DNA of 59,773 bases, counting the filler, from Streblomastix strix (lineage: Eukaryota): assembly GCA_008636045.1 (NCBI GenBank). It is 3 parts of 3 records of this genome, joined end to end, with 100 filler letters (N's around TTAATTAATTAA, not from the genome) between each part and the next. Parts side by side here need not be neighbours in the genome. Positions count along the whole stretch, not along the records: positions 19,960 to 39,818 come from SNRW01000479.1; 2 more parts are not named here. One strand, written 5' to 3'. Positions 26,358-39,918 of the stretch are shown here, piece after piece. Made by a program: the position numbers and the translations under genes. Each line of letters opens with the position of its first letter. The first letter of the stretch is position 1. The notes beneath the pieces were generated by a model. The model had not been told where the DNA came from, searched no databases, and saw only the letters and a list, made by a program, of their open reading frames with translations.

Positions 26358-29300
26358 TCAATCTACTTCATCTTATTAAACATCATCATCCTCAAAATCT
26401 CCATTATATTCATTCTGTTCCATCTTCGCTCTGAATTCATTAATTAGACTCGTTACCGATCCTAAACTAGACAGATATGATGTATCACCAGAGCTATATG
26501 AATAATCTTTACTACTCATTGATACTTTTGATCTTCTTGATGCTTTTGATCTTCTTGATGCTTTTGATTTTTTTGATTTTCGTGATTTTCTTGATTTTTA
26601 TGATTTTCTTGATTTGGATAATTATGAATTTGATATCCCAGAAGCTGAAGGTGAGATTTGAGATCCACGAGTTGCATGTGTTGCTGATGAAATTGAGGAT
26701 CCAGAAGCTGTTGAATATACAACTGATCCACTTTATGCTGAGTTAGAAAGCTAAGATATTGATTATTATTCATCTCCTGATACTTGTTGTGTCTTTTATG
26801 AATTTTAAGATCCATCATTATGTTTATGTTTTTTGTTTTATTATTATTTTTATTTCAGTGTCTTATCTAAATTCGTCTACATGAATGGATTAGCAAAAGT
26901 CTCACCAATTTTTGTTGGATTCTTTATTGTATATTACTGCTTCACTGGTTCTGGAGGGAGTGATTAAGTTTATCTTGATCTCCTGGAATCTTCTTTTTCT
27001 TGTTGAACTTTTCTATCTTCGTGTTATTTACTGTGATGGTGTTTGATATTATTGTGCTTAGATCGAGAATGGTGAGAATGGTGAGAATGATGATTTGATT
27101 TGCGTTTTTTTCCTGGCTCTTGTTTTGTTTGATCGATTTTTTATGTTTTCTTTTTATATTTTTATTTCAATTTTTTATATTTCTTCTCAAGTTCACTTGT
27201 TTACTTCTCATATTTAACTTACTATTCATTATTTTCCTTCAATTTCTTATATTTCTTCTTGATTTTCTGAATTTTCATATTATATTTCACCATCAAATCA
27301 TAAATTTCCTTCTCATGATCAGCGAGAATCTTCTTTCTATCTTTTTCATCTTTAATTCTTCTTTTATATTCTTCATCAATCCTTTTCTACTCTTCTAACT
27401 TTCTCAATATTTCAACATCTTCAATTCTTTTCTTTCTTTCATCTTCTTCTTTCTTTTTCTTCTCATCCTATTCTTTCTTCTTCTTTTCTTCTTCTCTTCT
27501 TTTCTTTCTATCATGATCTTCTTTCTTTCTTCTCTCTTCAAACTCAATTTGCTGTTTCTCTCTCTCCTAGCGAATTCGAATATCTTCTGTTTCAGCTCTT
27601 TTTTGGAGTTCGTCTTCTTTTCGGCGTAATTTGAGGTCTCTTTTGATGATATCGTCTTCTTTTTGTCTCAATTCTTGTTCTTTCTTCAAGAGATCATCTT
27701 CTTTCTATTAAATATCTTTCAATTTGAACTGTTCTTGTTCTTCATTAATATTGAGATTAGATTATTATTATTATTACTACTAAAACTAATTCTAATACAA
27801 TTATGGTGACGAATGAAACATATCGATACTCTTCTATAATTCAGATTTATATTTACTAAGATTTTCAATCTGTATATATAATTGTTACTTGTCTGAATCA
27901 TTCGCATTCTATTATTCGTCTTTTGCCTTCAAAGCCTGTTTCAGATCGTTGATTGTCGCTTTCAACATCAACATATCAATAAATTATTAATTTCTCTCAT
28001 TTGTTGCATCAGCTAAATCTTCTTCTAAGATTTTATTCTCATCACGTTCTGCTTTTAACTCATTAACCAATTTGACATTCTCTTTAATCATATCTTGGAG
28101 CTACTGACCCAATTTAATCAGCCTTTCATTCAGCTTCTAGATTGTAAGTTGTTCATTCTTGACTCGGTTTTCTTTTTCTGCATATTCCAGTTTGACTTAT
28201 TCAATTCTCTATTCAATAACTTATTTCAATTATTTTTCAGCAGAAATTTCTCTTAACGAATCTTTCTGCTTCTTTGTAATCATCTTTTATTAATTAATCT
28301 GTTTTGCCTATGGTTTAATCTCTTTAATTTCTTTAATTCCACTTTTATTTTATTTGCCCAGTTGCGTGATTTCAGTTATTTCTTTGGATTTATTGTTTCT
28401 TTTATTTGAAATCTATTTTATATTTGATTTGGGTTGTTATGATTAATTAATTTGTTGTTGTTCTTCATTGTTTTCTCTGAATTTAACTTTTTCTTGTTCT
28501 TTCTTCATCAATTTCTGCTTTTCATTGTTTATTTTCTCATCTTCTTTCTCTTTATTTATATTTTAGATTATGTTGAGAAGATTATTAGAGAATGAAGATT
28601 GATGTATTTCAATTTTATTCACATTTGAATTTGATAAAGTTTATTATAATTATTATTGTTGTTATTGTTATTTTGGATCAGGAGATGATGAAGATTAATA
28701 TTATTAAGTGAAAACATCAATAACATGTTTAAATATTTATTGTATAAATTCATCTTTTAATTTCTTAACAAATTCACAGAATAGATCCAACTTCTTCTCT
28801 GAATAAATTATTTCAATTGAATTCGCTTCTTTTTATTCTTTTTCTCTTTTGTAAACTTTTTCATTCTCATCAACTAAATACTTAATAATTCCTGGTTGTA
28901 TCAAATTGATCTTCATTTAATCAACATTAATTTGAATAAGCCTGATAAGTGTCATTGCAATATATGCTGCATCATTAAGTTCAGTTGAATTCCTTTATTC
29001 ATTGAAGAAATTAAATTTCTCATCAAAGATCAGATCACATAACGATTAGTTGATTTACTCTACAATTAAGATTATATGACTGTTTTCGGTTTCAATAAAT
29101 TTTTCTTTTTCCAACTCATCTTCTTCTTCATTCTAATTTTCTTTCATTGATGTTTGTAATTGTGATTATTATACTTATGAAGTGTAGTGGTATGTCCAGA
29201 TATTTGGACTATTAGCTAGATGTATAAGTACAGCTGGATTGATAGCTGATGGGTTAAAAGTGAATGAATCAAGATCTTTGTTGTTATAATTATTACTATT

Positions 29301-31150
29301 ATTAAGTTCATTATCTTTTTCTTTTGATTTTGTTTTTTTCTTCAAATTAACTTTTTTATCTTCTTTCTTATTGACAACAGTATTATCATATTTAACACAT
29401 CTCGGGAAAATAATTTGATTCAAAGATTTCCATTAGTTATCCCACTCTAATTAATACGCAGTATCATTACCATCTGAATTAGTGAATATGTTCAAAACAG
29501 CAGTTACATCATCATTATTTATATTACTAAGACTTCTATTAACATTATTATTATTATTATTTATATTATCTTTATCCTTCATCTTCATCCAAAGAGCCAA
29601 TTCTGATTGTTCCTGGAATAGAGCTTCGAAAACAGGACTACAGTTGATACGATCACAGAATGAATGTAATATTCTTAATCCAGTTGTTTGTGCTTATCTT
29701 GATTTTGTTGAGGTGAGAAGCCTCATACTGAGATTGAAGAGTAATTGTTCTATTATAAGACAGTTGGATGCTTTGTGAATCTGTGATGTATAAGAATAGA
29801 ATATATAAAATAAATATAAAAGATATATGAAATAATATAATTAACAAATTAATGATATATACTGCTTGCACTTAATGATGTATTTCCTCAGCCATTCTGA
29901 TAATCAACAAAGCATCTCTTATAGAAGATGTATTCGGATCATGCTAAATATCAGGTTAGTTTGGTATGCTATCAAATTCAGTTCTTTGTAATATTGTTCT
30001 AATAAGAGACAATATCTTATGGCAGTTAAGATTCTCCATTAATATTGACTATTTGATTAGTCTTGATGCAATTACAAATGGTTTCAGAATACGTTTAACT
30101 ACCCGAAACTAATCTGCAACAAATGGTTTTCCTTCATTGGCAAGAGAATTCAATATGTCATATATAGTATTGTATGTGTTGATATATACAAGAGTGAATG
30201 CACTAACAGTGAAAGATGCACCTTGAAGGAATTCATGCGATCTGGGAATTTTTATCAGTTGTGAGATTTCATGTGGAATTCCTTGTGCTTCTTCTTATTG
30301 TTCATATCGAGCAGTATATTTGTTGTTCTTCACTGGAAACAGAAGTGCAACTGCGTGTACCAGATTATAACTTCCTTTATGCTTATCCAGAGCTTATACA
30401 GCAATAGTTCCCAGTTAATGTGCAGAATTCTTCATAACTTTCCAGTTATTTGCATCAGTACGGTTAGCATGACGAATTTGTTTTAGCAGTAATATTATTA
30501 TATCTGCAAGTATGTCAGTTTTTGTTGAATCCATTGTGTTAAGCTCTTTTTGCACGATATTGGTGAGTTGTGCAGAAATAACTGTTATTTTCGCTGAATT
30601 TAATATAAATATTGAAAAATTTATGAAATTTAAATAAGAAAAATAGAATATTTTATGAAAATAAAATAAGACAAAATAAAAATATTAATTCAAATAAGAA
30701 TAAATAATCAAACCAAATTCAATCATTGGCATTATAGAGAGTTAGTGATGAATTTCTCTGAGTTTATCTGCGCTTTAGAAATCGGCTTCAGATATATCAA
30801 TTGTTTCTTTGGGGTATTATCCTTTAAACTTGTCAAATATATAGTTCGCAGCAGTTGTGGCTGGATCTGCTTCTTTTTCATACTGATCGATCAAATTACG
30901 TGCAGTTTCCTTATTTATGTCTGGAAACATCGATGTAATTTTTATCAGCGATTCTTCTTTAGTATCTTTAACTTTTAAGGTATTAGGGCTTTAGTTTTGC
31001 ATGTGAAAGGAACTAATCTATAAAAATTTACAAAAATAAATACAAATGAATAATATTAAATGAAATTATGTAGTAATATAATTACAGCGCTGAATTATTG
31101 CTCAGTTTTATCAGAAAAAATATCAAGGCTTGTTACACAATGTTTAGAGT
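26358..31150 (-). CDS. Large protein: CUE/UBA-like motif, unnamed helical domain, long coiled coil, basic Ser/Arg/Lys repeat tail; 5' end uncertain
   Basis: LIKITSMFPDINKETARNLI...AANYIFD. Central domain paralogous to ~21640-23160. E/K/R-rich coil at ~27100-28600, then SRKS/KASRRS repeats. TGA at 26360-26358. Confidence 0.75.
26518..26615 (-). repeat. Coding 9/18-bp tandem repeat (SRKSQKSRKSRKSKKSKASRRSKASRRSK)
   Basis: TTGATCTTCTTGATGCTT and TGATTTTCT units on the + strand. Confidence 0.85.
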
Positions 31151-32523
31151 GTAAAGAAACAGTATATATGTTAATTTGTATGAAAAATAAATTACATGTT
31201 TAATATTTATAAATCATGTTATTCGATATATTATGGTTGTGGCGAAAACTCAAGTTTTTCAAGATAAATATGAGAGAAGAATTGGGTGAGTTATATGAAA
31301 GCTTATTAATATATATTAATTTAGAGTGAAGAATAAATTTAAATTTTGTTGCTGGTAATGAAATAGATAATAAGAGTAGCGCTGTACAACGAAAAATATT
31401 TTCAATCCTTAGTCTGTATCCAATTGCAAGTTGCATAATAAATAATTAAAAGTCCTAAATGAATACTCTTTGGTTTTATTATCTTTTAAGTATTAAAGCT
31501 TTATATTTACAATGTACTTGTGAGTTTTTTTCTTCGAATAAAAACAACCTATAATTATATGTTCTTCGAAGTTAGCTTTCCTTTTTTTCTCCATCGCAAT
31601 CATACTAATTCAATAAATTAATCTGTAATGTTGATTTAATAAGGCAAATTACAAATATGTGAAATGCAATATATGAAATGATAGCACAATATTCAGAAAT
31701 CTAAGTAATTTATAAAAAAAAATTATAAAATAAAGAAATGATATTAGGAATCATACATATATACATTTAAATAAATATTATCAAATATTTTGCTAAAATT
31801 TCACGAAATTATTCTAAAAAATAAATCGGTTTGACTAGCCAAGTGGTTGAAGAATTGGCCGAATTGCTGAGCTAAATGCTTATTGTGTGGTATAGTTAAT
31901 TAATTTGATACATAAGTGTCGGGGTTTTGAAAATTTTTGTGTTTTAGACAGACCATATAGTTAAAAATGAATAAGGATGACTTTCAGAAGTGCTGCTATC
32001 ACGTCAGAATTAATCAATGGCAGATGGTTTTGAAAAAAATCTTTTTTAAGAAGGAAATAAAATATTCAAATGATGATTAATATTTAAATGAACTTGAAAT
32101 AAATTTTTAAATTATAAAGAAAAATTTCAATTAATTTTAAATAAAATAAGAGTAAATGAAAAAAAATAAATATTTTAAATATTAAATATAAAATTTAATT
32201 TAGTTTAATATTTTGAAAAAATACTAATGAATCATTATAAATGTAATTTCTCATAGAGTTTTATAAATTAGGAAACAATTAATACAATCAAAAAAGTAGA
32301 AAATTGAAACTTTTCTTGTAACTTCAAATAACTCAAATATTATAAAAATATCCTAATATAATTATTTTTCATTCCCAAATAATGTTAATTTATCCACAGT
32401 AATTATGCACACCGACTCTTATATTGTTTTTAAATAATAGCGGAATGTTTGCCTATTAGAATGATTAAAAAATTTTTTATATTCTTGTAATTTTTGTTCA
32501 AACTAAATTGTTGTTTACACATG

Positions 32524-32640
32524 TACTCATATAATGTCCACTTATACTCAAATAATGCATACGCGTACTCACATAATATGAGCAAGTACTCTATCAATGT
32601 GAGAAATACTCATATAATGTTTTTTGATATTCACATAGTG
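32524..32640. repeat. Six-unit 21-bp-period array with conserved core TACTCAnATAATG and variable ~8-bp spacers
   Basis: Cores start at 32524, 32545, 32566, 32587, 32607 and 32628. Confidence 0.8.
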
Positions 32641-32799
32641 TATTTATTTCGAACTTGTATTCATAGCTTAGAGCAAAGATTTATATCTTACTTTGTTTAT
32701 ATTTAAAAATATATATTAATTATATTTTTTTAAAATTTATTTATTTTAATATATTGTGTTTTTATTTAGTAAACCTCAAAGCAATTCTAGCCGATGATT

Positions 32800-34800
32800 T
32801 AGTAAATTTCCTCCATCATATTCGATTTGTTTCTGCTAGTATGTTTGATTACCAAGTTGAGAATTTTATGTTTTTTTGGATTAACTCTTTTAATTGGAGT
32901 CTATAATATGATTCCATATTTATAATTCATCGGAATTTATTTGTATGATTATATTTGAAATAAAATATTCTAATCTTAAATTATTTTGATAAGATTTGGT
33001 CATATTTAGATATAATTGCAATTTAAATCCAAATTTTTGCCTAGATAAATTTTTGACGAATGGATGTGGGAAGTTAAACAGTTTTTGTTAAGCCACATTG
33101 ATATCATATTCTGTATTTGATGAGATTGTGGAGTTTGTTTTTGAAAATTGATGTGTTGTATTTGAACCATAGAATGAGGAGATAAATTGATTTTGTTTTT
33201 CATATTCCTAATTCTCTGAATCTTTTATTATTGATTAGGACAGGATGAATTAGATAAATTTTTCTATTGATTGGGTTTCAAAACTACTTTGTTATTGATG
33301 TTAATCTTATTCCCGACTCTACAAATCTAAACAATCTGAGTAGGATCGAATGGATTAGACACATTGTTAATCTGATTATGCTGATTGCGTCGCTGGTTAG
33401 CAATACTCATCATCTGAGAGTGTAGATTGCATTAAGAAGTTGCGATTCTTGCAGCTGTTTATTTATTTCTATTAGTTGGGATCAAATACGAGCTTTTATA
33501 TAATCAACTTCCTCTGAATTTTTCTCAATTTTATTACTATTATCTTTCCATTTTGTATCAAATCTGAAACTATTTGGTCAACCTTCAACGATTTCTCTTT
33601 GACGCTGTTTATTTGAGACTTACATTTTCTAAATCATGAATCCCCGCTTCGTCTGCTTCGATTTGTATTCGCAAATGTGGGATATCCTAAAATTTCCATC
33701 TTTTACCTTTTTATTTTCTGCCATCTTTTGTCTTGCTGTTTCAGAGTAGGTTTCAAATGTATCAGGATCCAAAAGGACTCTAGCAAGATAATCATGAACT
33801 TTTTATGCTTTTCCAGTTGCTAAAAGCGATAATCTACAGCAATTAACCAATTGATCCTTGAAGTTCTCAGTCTTATTTAGTCCTAGTTGAAACATTAAGT
33901 CTAAAAAACCATGTTATAGCATTGTTGTAACTCCACTGCATTTCGAGCTATTGACATCTACTCACCATATGCTGATGGAGCAACGTATACAACATTCTAC
34001 AAACGATTTGCACGTTTTCATTGCATTTTTTGGAATAGAAACTATCTTTCCAATAGTTGTGAGACCGTTCTATTTGTATCAAAATTCTTCATTTCAGAAT
34101 TACATACTCAATCTATCATTTCTACGAACTTCTTAGCTACTATTTCATCTTCATTCGAATTGAATTATATATAGTCTTTCTATTTATCTACAAATTATTA
34201 AGAAAATGATAAGTTCCTGGAATTGTCTTAAGAAGAAACATTTGTAGGGGTTCTAATTGCAGTTTTTTCGGTTGCAGGAATAGTGTTAATAGGAGCATTC
34301 GATGCAAGAACCACTGGAATTGTTGCAGAAATTAAAGGGGTTAGTAACTGTGTGTTTTCATATAATCTTCTCCATTTTACTTTTATTTTATCAGCGTCAG
34401 CTAATTGCAGTGCGTCTGCTGCTTTGTGCGGCTACATCCATCAAAAGACGACTTTCGTTTAAATATTTGAAATTTTCTTCTTTCTGTTTTATATTTCCTT
34501 ATTATTTCTTTTTCAAATCTTTTTCTTTCTTCTTCTTATTACTGTACTCACATTTTAAATAATATTATTCAAGTATTTTTCTTTTTCTCCTTATTTGTAC
34601 CTTCTTATTATTTAATCATCTTATTCAAGTTTTTATTTTTTCTTTTTTAAATCTGTTTAATCTTCTATTTAGAGACTATTACAAATACTAATTCATAAAT
34701 TAAAAATATTTATTTCAATATTTGTTCTATATTATTTCCCTTTTTCTATTTTTCTTTCAGTTTGGGATTTTCCTTTCAATATTTTAGATATTTCCTTGGT
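32800..34800 (-). pseudogene. Degenerate intron-poor ORF, possibly DIRS gag-like
   Basis: Coding-like segments (YVAPSAYGEQMSIARNAVELQQ; DQLVNCCRLSLLATGKAQKV...YSETARQKM) interrupted by TGAs and frameshifts. The family call is weak. Confidence 0.3.
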
Positions 34801-34999
34801 TTCTTTAGAAAATAAATTTAAAATATTCATTATCATATTAAAAAGATGGAATATATTTAAAAAACACAATAATTATTCTTCATTTCTATACTAAGTATAT
34901 TTTTTTTATTTTTTGTTTTTAAATAATTTGAATTAAACATTTTGTCATTAATCAATTATTAATATATTAAAAATTTCATTAGATTTACAGAAAATATTT

Positions 35000-37900
35000 G
35001 GATTGCAAAGCCTCGAAAGATTTTTAGCAAATTGAAGCTGTTTATTAACATATTCTCTAAATACATATATTTCTACTTATTCTTTATTTTCTTTTGATTT
35101 ATTATTAAATTCAAGATATATGAATGAACATTATGGTAATAAATCTCATATTATCTGAATATGGAATAATATTTTTCTTCCGTTTTCTATTTAACATTTA
35201 TTTAAATTTATTATTCTAATTATTTAAATATTGATAGATGATTTAGTATTTAAATTTTTTTTATGATTAATATTTATATTATTAATCAATTATTATTATT
35301 ATTTCTTTAATTCATTCAATTTCTTTGAATTTATTTAAATTTCACAGAAATTCCGAATAGTTTTTTCATTTAGATTAATATTAAATGATATTATTAGTTA
35401 TAGAATTATTTCTTTTCATGATTGTATTTCTTATTTGAATTATTGCTATTTTTATTAATTAACTGATTACTGTTTATCATTCTAAATTTATTGAGAACTG
35501 ATTCAAAAAGATGCAAAATGAATCATTTTGATCAGAAGACGAAGAAGAATTTATTTATTTAAATAATGATGTAAAGAAGGGAGATTAAATGGAGGGTAAA
35601 TTTAAGATAATTGATAATATTTATGTTATTCAATAAGATTATAATCTGTTAAATTATTTAAAGGAATTATTTATTCATTTATTTTATTTTATTCTTTTTA
35701 ATTAACCAATTATTCTTCTTATTAAATAATTTCACTGTCATTTCTTTACATTTTCAAATATTTATTAGTTCTTTTGTTTTCATAATTTAATGCATAAATA
35801 GAAAAAAATATAAATCAATGAGGAAGAGAAAGAGTTTGTAAAGGAATAATTGAAGAAGATTGAATTTAATTTTTATAATTTTATAGATAATTGAATTCTT
35901 TTTATATTATAATGATTATTTCAAAAGTCAAATTAGTAAGATATCAGCAATATTCATTTTCTTCTTCGATTTTAGTTTATTTATTTTAATTTCTTTTCAA
36001 AGATCTCTAAACTGAGAAAGGTTCCATCTAAATCATTAATTGAATAATATTATCTGATGCTTAATGATATTTAAGTAGATTTGTTCACAGATTAATTTAA
36101 TTATCTTTTTTATCATTCAATATATTATCGATTTCTCTTTATTGATTCAAATCTAAGAAATATCCAGATGAAATATTATAATTAATCATTTATATCATAT
36201 TATTTGATATCTCAGGAGTTAATTGAGAATATAATTAATGAAATAATTAAGGATCATTTATTATTTTCTGCATTTCAAAATGATTATCAGTTAAAATAAT
36301 TGAAAGAATAATTATTATAGAAGAAAAAGAAGTTTATAACTTTTATGCTGTTATTTCTTTTTTTTGGAGAATTATATAAGTTAAAGTTTGAAGCTAAAAT
36401 AATAAAAATCAAATCTTCAATCTTTTCTACATCTACTTCTTTTTCTATCTAATCATTGTCATTAACTCTCAATATCTTTAAATTATTTTTATATTGAGTA
36501 ACAAATTCATCCCAGAAATTAATATGCCTGAAAATAATATAATAATTATTCTTATCTAATTATGTATTTGAATTCTCGGCTGAAATAATTTATGAAAGAG
36601 ATATGTGAAGAAGAGAATATGCAAGTTTTCTAAGTTATTCAGCAAAATTAATATGATTTTAATAGTAATATTGAAAATTAGGATTTTTATTCATTTAATA
36701 ATCATTTTAAAAGGTTAAATTCTCTTTAATTTCTCTGTCAAGATTTCTGATATTTCTGATATTTTATTCATTTTTCAAAGATCGTACTAAATTATGAAAT
36801 CGTTGATTTATTATACATATCAAATTTTCTTTTTGTTTTTCTAATTCTTTAATGTTCGTTCAAATAGATAATAATGAAATTGCAAAACAAAGCCATATAA
36901 TTTCATCTTTCAGGAATTCTTCATTCTTTTAATTATCAATAACTTTTCTTTGTTCATTCCAATTCTCATCAAATAAAAGAAATAGAGAAATAACAGTTAT
37001 TTTCTTCATTTTCTTGTTTTTCTCTATTAAATATTATCATAAATATTATACTAGCCAATGTCAATTAAATCAAATCTTTCAACAGTTGCAAAAACCATTT
37101 CATAAAGAATTATTGATAAACTCTTTGGATAAAGAAATGGAGAATCGATAACTAATTTAATGAGTGTTAAGAAGTTAATAACATTAATGTGAGGAAGTTG
37201 ATGTTATTATATGTTATTATCTTATTAATTATTATTAACATTATTTCTCTATTAGAATCTATATTTTAATTATCTAAGTTATGAGAGAGATGAATTTGAA
37301 ATTAAATATTCCTCAAATAAAAGAGAAAATAGTGCAAAAACAATTTCAACTTTAAATGTTATTTCTTTTTTATTATTTTGATTCATTATTTTAAAAGATT
37401 CAATTATAATATTTATTAAAATCTTTTATAATTATTTAGAAGTATTTTCAGCAATGTTTGTCAGATTAATTGGATTAAATGGAAGAATTGGATGAAGAGG
37501 ATTCTGTTAAACAGGTGGAAATCTTAATTAAATTATTTTTTCTTAAGTTTTTTGTAGATTTCATATTTATTCAGCTTATGCTTGTTTAATTAGCTCTTAT
37601 TGAGTTGTTTCAATTTGTTAATCTCTATTTATTCTCAATAATCCTTTAGAAAACACTGCCATTTTCGCAATTTGCATCGATTCAATAAAATCTTAAATGT
37701 TACTAGTCCTACTTTATTTCATTTGTTCTTCAATTAGATAAGTAATAATATTGATTATTTCTGATTATTTCCATTATATTATATCAGAATATATATTATT
37801 AATATTATCATTTAATAATTGAGCATAGAATGAGAGAATTAATTTGTAATTCTTTGTTTGGGAGATTATTGATTATAAACCATTAATAATTATTTCTCTT

Positions 37901-39012
37901 CTTTGTTCATGTTTTATTTCTTTTGCTTTTTATTCTTCTGCTTTTTCTATTTCATTTCTTTTTATCTGTTCTAATGTGGAATAATAAGGTTCATCTAATT
38001 ATAAGGATTACTCGTCTTTGAAAAAAATAAAATTTATATTCTTTTCTATTTCTTTTTCTAATTCTTCTTATTAATTATTTTTTGTTGGTTCATCAAAAAG
38101 AACAAAAGCTTTTTTTATGTTATTTATTTATCTTATTATAATTCATTTCTTTCATTATCTTATATCACTTTCAAAATAACTTTTCTCATCGATTTTGCTG
38201 GTTAATCAAAAATCAATAAACGAAGAAGTTTCAATATATTATTATTTACTTTTAAGTTTTATTCAATTAATTGGTTTATTAATAATTAAATAGCTCCATT
38301 TCTTTCACAAATCAAATCAATTAATTTTCCATTCTTCTTCAATTCTTATTCATTAGCATTCTTCTTATCAATCGTTGAATTTTCAATAAATTTATACATA
38401 ATGAAAGATAAGAAATGTATAAATCTATCTTAAATTTCAGGTTTATCTAATCTGTCCATTATGTATTGAAATATTTCATTCATTTTCAATATAATATATT
38501 CTTATTTTTGTTCAGTAAATGAATATTAGTTGATGACAAAGTTAATGAATGTTTCTTCCCAGATGTTTTATTTGTTTTAATTTTATGAATCTAATCAAAC
38601 ATTTTTTTAATCATATTAAATTTGAATTGAATAAATACGATATATATTTAAACTCTATTTTATTTAAATTAAAATTAATTGATGGGAGAAAAATCCTACA
38701 ACAATCATTGTATTTTGAGATTTCTAACTTCATAGATGATACCTATAAACTCCTACAGTGTTCTATTCTACACGACATCAATCCCAATTGTTCTCAACAA
38801 TTTCATGCCGGTCATCAGGTTTTGATGATGCAGATATAGTCTTCAGTGGTCCTAGGAGAATTTTAATATGATTTAGAAGGGAAAAAATGATTGTTCTTAG
38901 GCTCTTCTGGAAAGACATTATCGATATTTGTCAAACATATCCAGAATACGTTCGAATTCAACTTTCCTTTTTTTTCTTCACTAGCGATTTTTGCTACACT
39001 GCCGTCAAACAT
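35000..39012 (-). pseudogene. Large AT-rich hypothetical gene, frameshifted/degenerate
   Basis: Coding-like stretches (e.g. MNEIFQYIMDRLDKPEIQDRFIHFLSFIMYKF) broken by TGAs and frame changes. Boundaries approximate. Confidence 0.45.
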
Positions 39013-39079
39013 TTTGAGTTTAGAAAATTATTATTTATAAAAATATAAATATATATAAACATATCTTTTACGTATAAAA

Positions 39080-39818
39080 ATCAGACAACAACAAATTATC
39101 TCCTAAAAGAGAATGTTTTAGTACATCTCCTTCGGAAAATCTTGCACCATCCCTTTATTTTGAGATAATCTAAGTAACTTGCTTCTCGCCGAGATTCTTT
39201 ACGAGTGCAGATACTATAAAATTCTGCTCCCTGTTTACAGCGAAAACATAGAACTTCTTGTTCATCTTTGAGTCTGGTGAGTGATGTGTGAAAACATTTA
39301 TTATCCTCCCATCAAAACCCTGTGCAGCTTGTTCTTTAGAAGATGCATGTCTAATGGAGTTTTCTGTTGCATTTTGTACTTCAAGTGTTTAATCAAGTCT
39401 TTCAAGTCGTGTACTAATGCATCTCTAATCAGTTTGCTTCCTATTCTCAGACCAGAATAAGTGTATGAAGTTCGTTGGACTCTGCTAGAAGTGTTCCCTA
39501 AGTCTTGTTAACCAAACAAAGAAGGTCTCTGTTGGACACACTTTGGGTTCATCTGTCTTCCATACATCATATCTCTCTCGCTAGACAGATTGTTTGGGTG
39601 GAATGCAAACTGTTGCTCTCTGTTCTTAATCATCTATGATCGATACCGATAGATCTATATTTGCCATCTCTTCCATCCTTACAAAGCATAACGACATTAA
39701 TAGTGAAGCTAGTTTTGTTTGTAGCTCTTCATTTGAGAGAAGGTTGCTTTCTGGTCTCTCTCTCCAATACTCAAACAGTTGATTGATGTCCCAGGTACTC
39801 CCATATCTTGGATTGTTA
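39080..39818 (-). mobile_element. DIRS-type retrotransposon tyrosine recombinase, 5' truncated at scaffold end
   Basis: PRYGSTWDINQLF, KLASLLMSLCFVRMEE (first catalytic Arg), VCPTETF, NSIRHASS, FTHH...KFY (catalytic Tyr). Intronless, higher GC than flanks. Confidence 0.88.
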
Positions 39819-39918
39819 NNNNNNNNNNNNNNNNNNNNNNNNNNNNNNNNNNNNNNNNNNNNTTAATTAATTAANNNNNNNNNNNNNNNNNNNNNNNNNN
39901 NNNNNNNNNNNNNNNNNN
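39819..39918. other. Artificial scaffold linker
   Basis: 100-bp N block containing TTAATTAATTAA (39863-39874). Confidence 0.92.

Noticed and set aside
31828..32030. tRNA or ncRNA candidate (A-box-like TAGCCAAGTGG)
   Set aside because: No B-box/T-loop or cloverleaf pairing found by eye. It would need tRNAscan-SE or Infernal.
32524..32640. CRISPR array
   Set aside because: Repeat (13 bp) and spacers (8 bp) are far too short and there are no cas genes. Kept only as a phased array.
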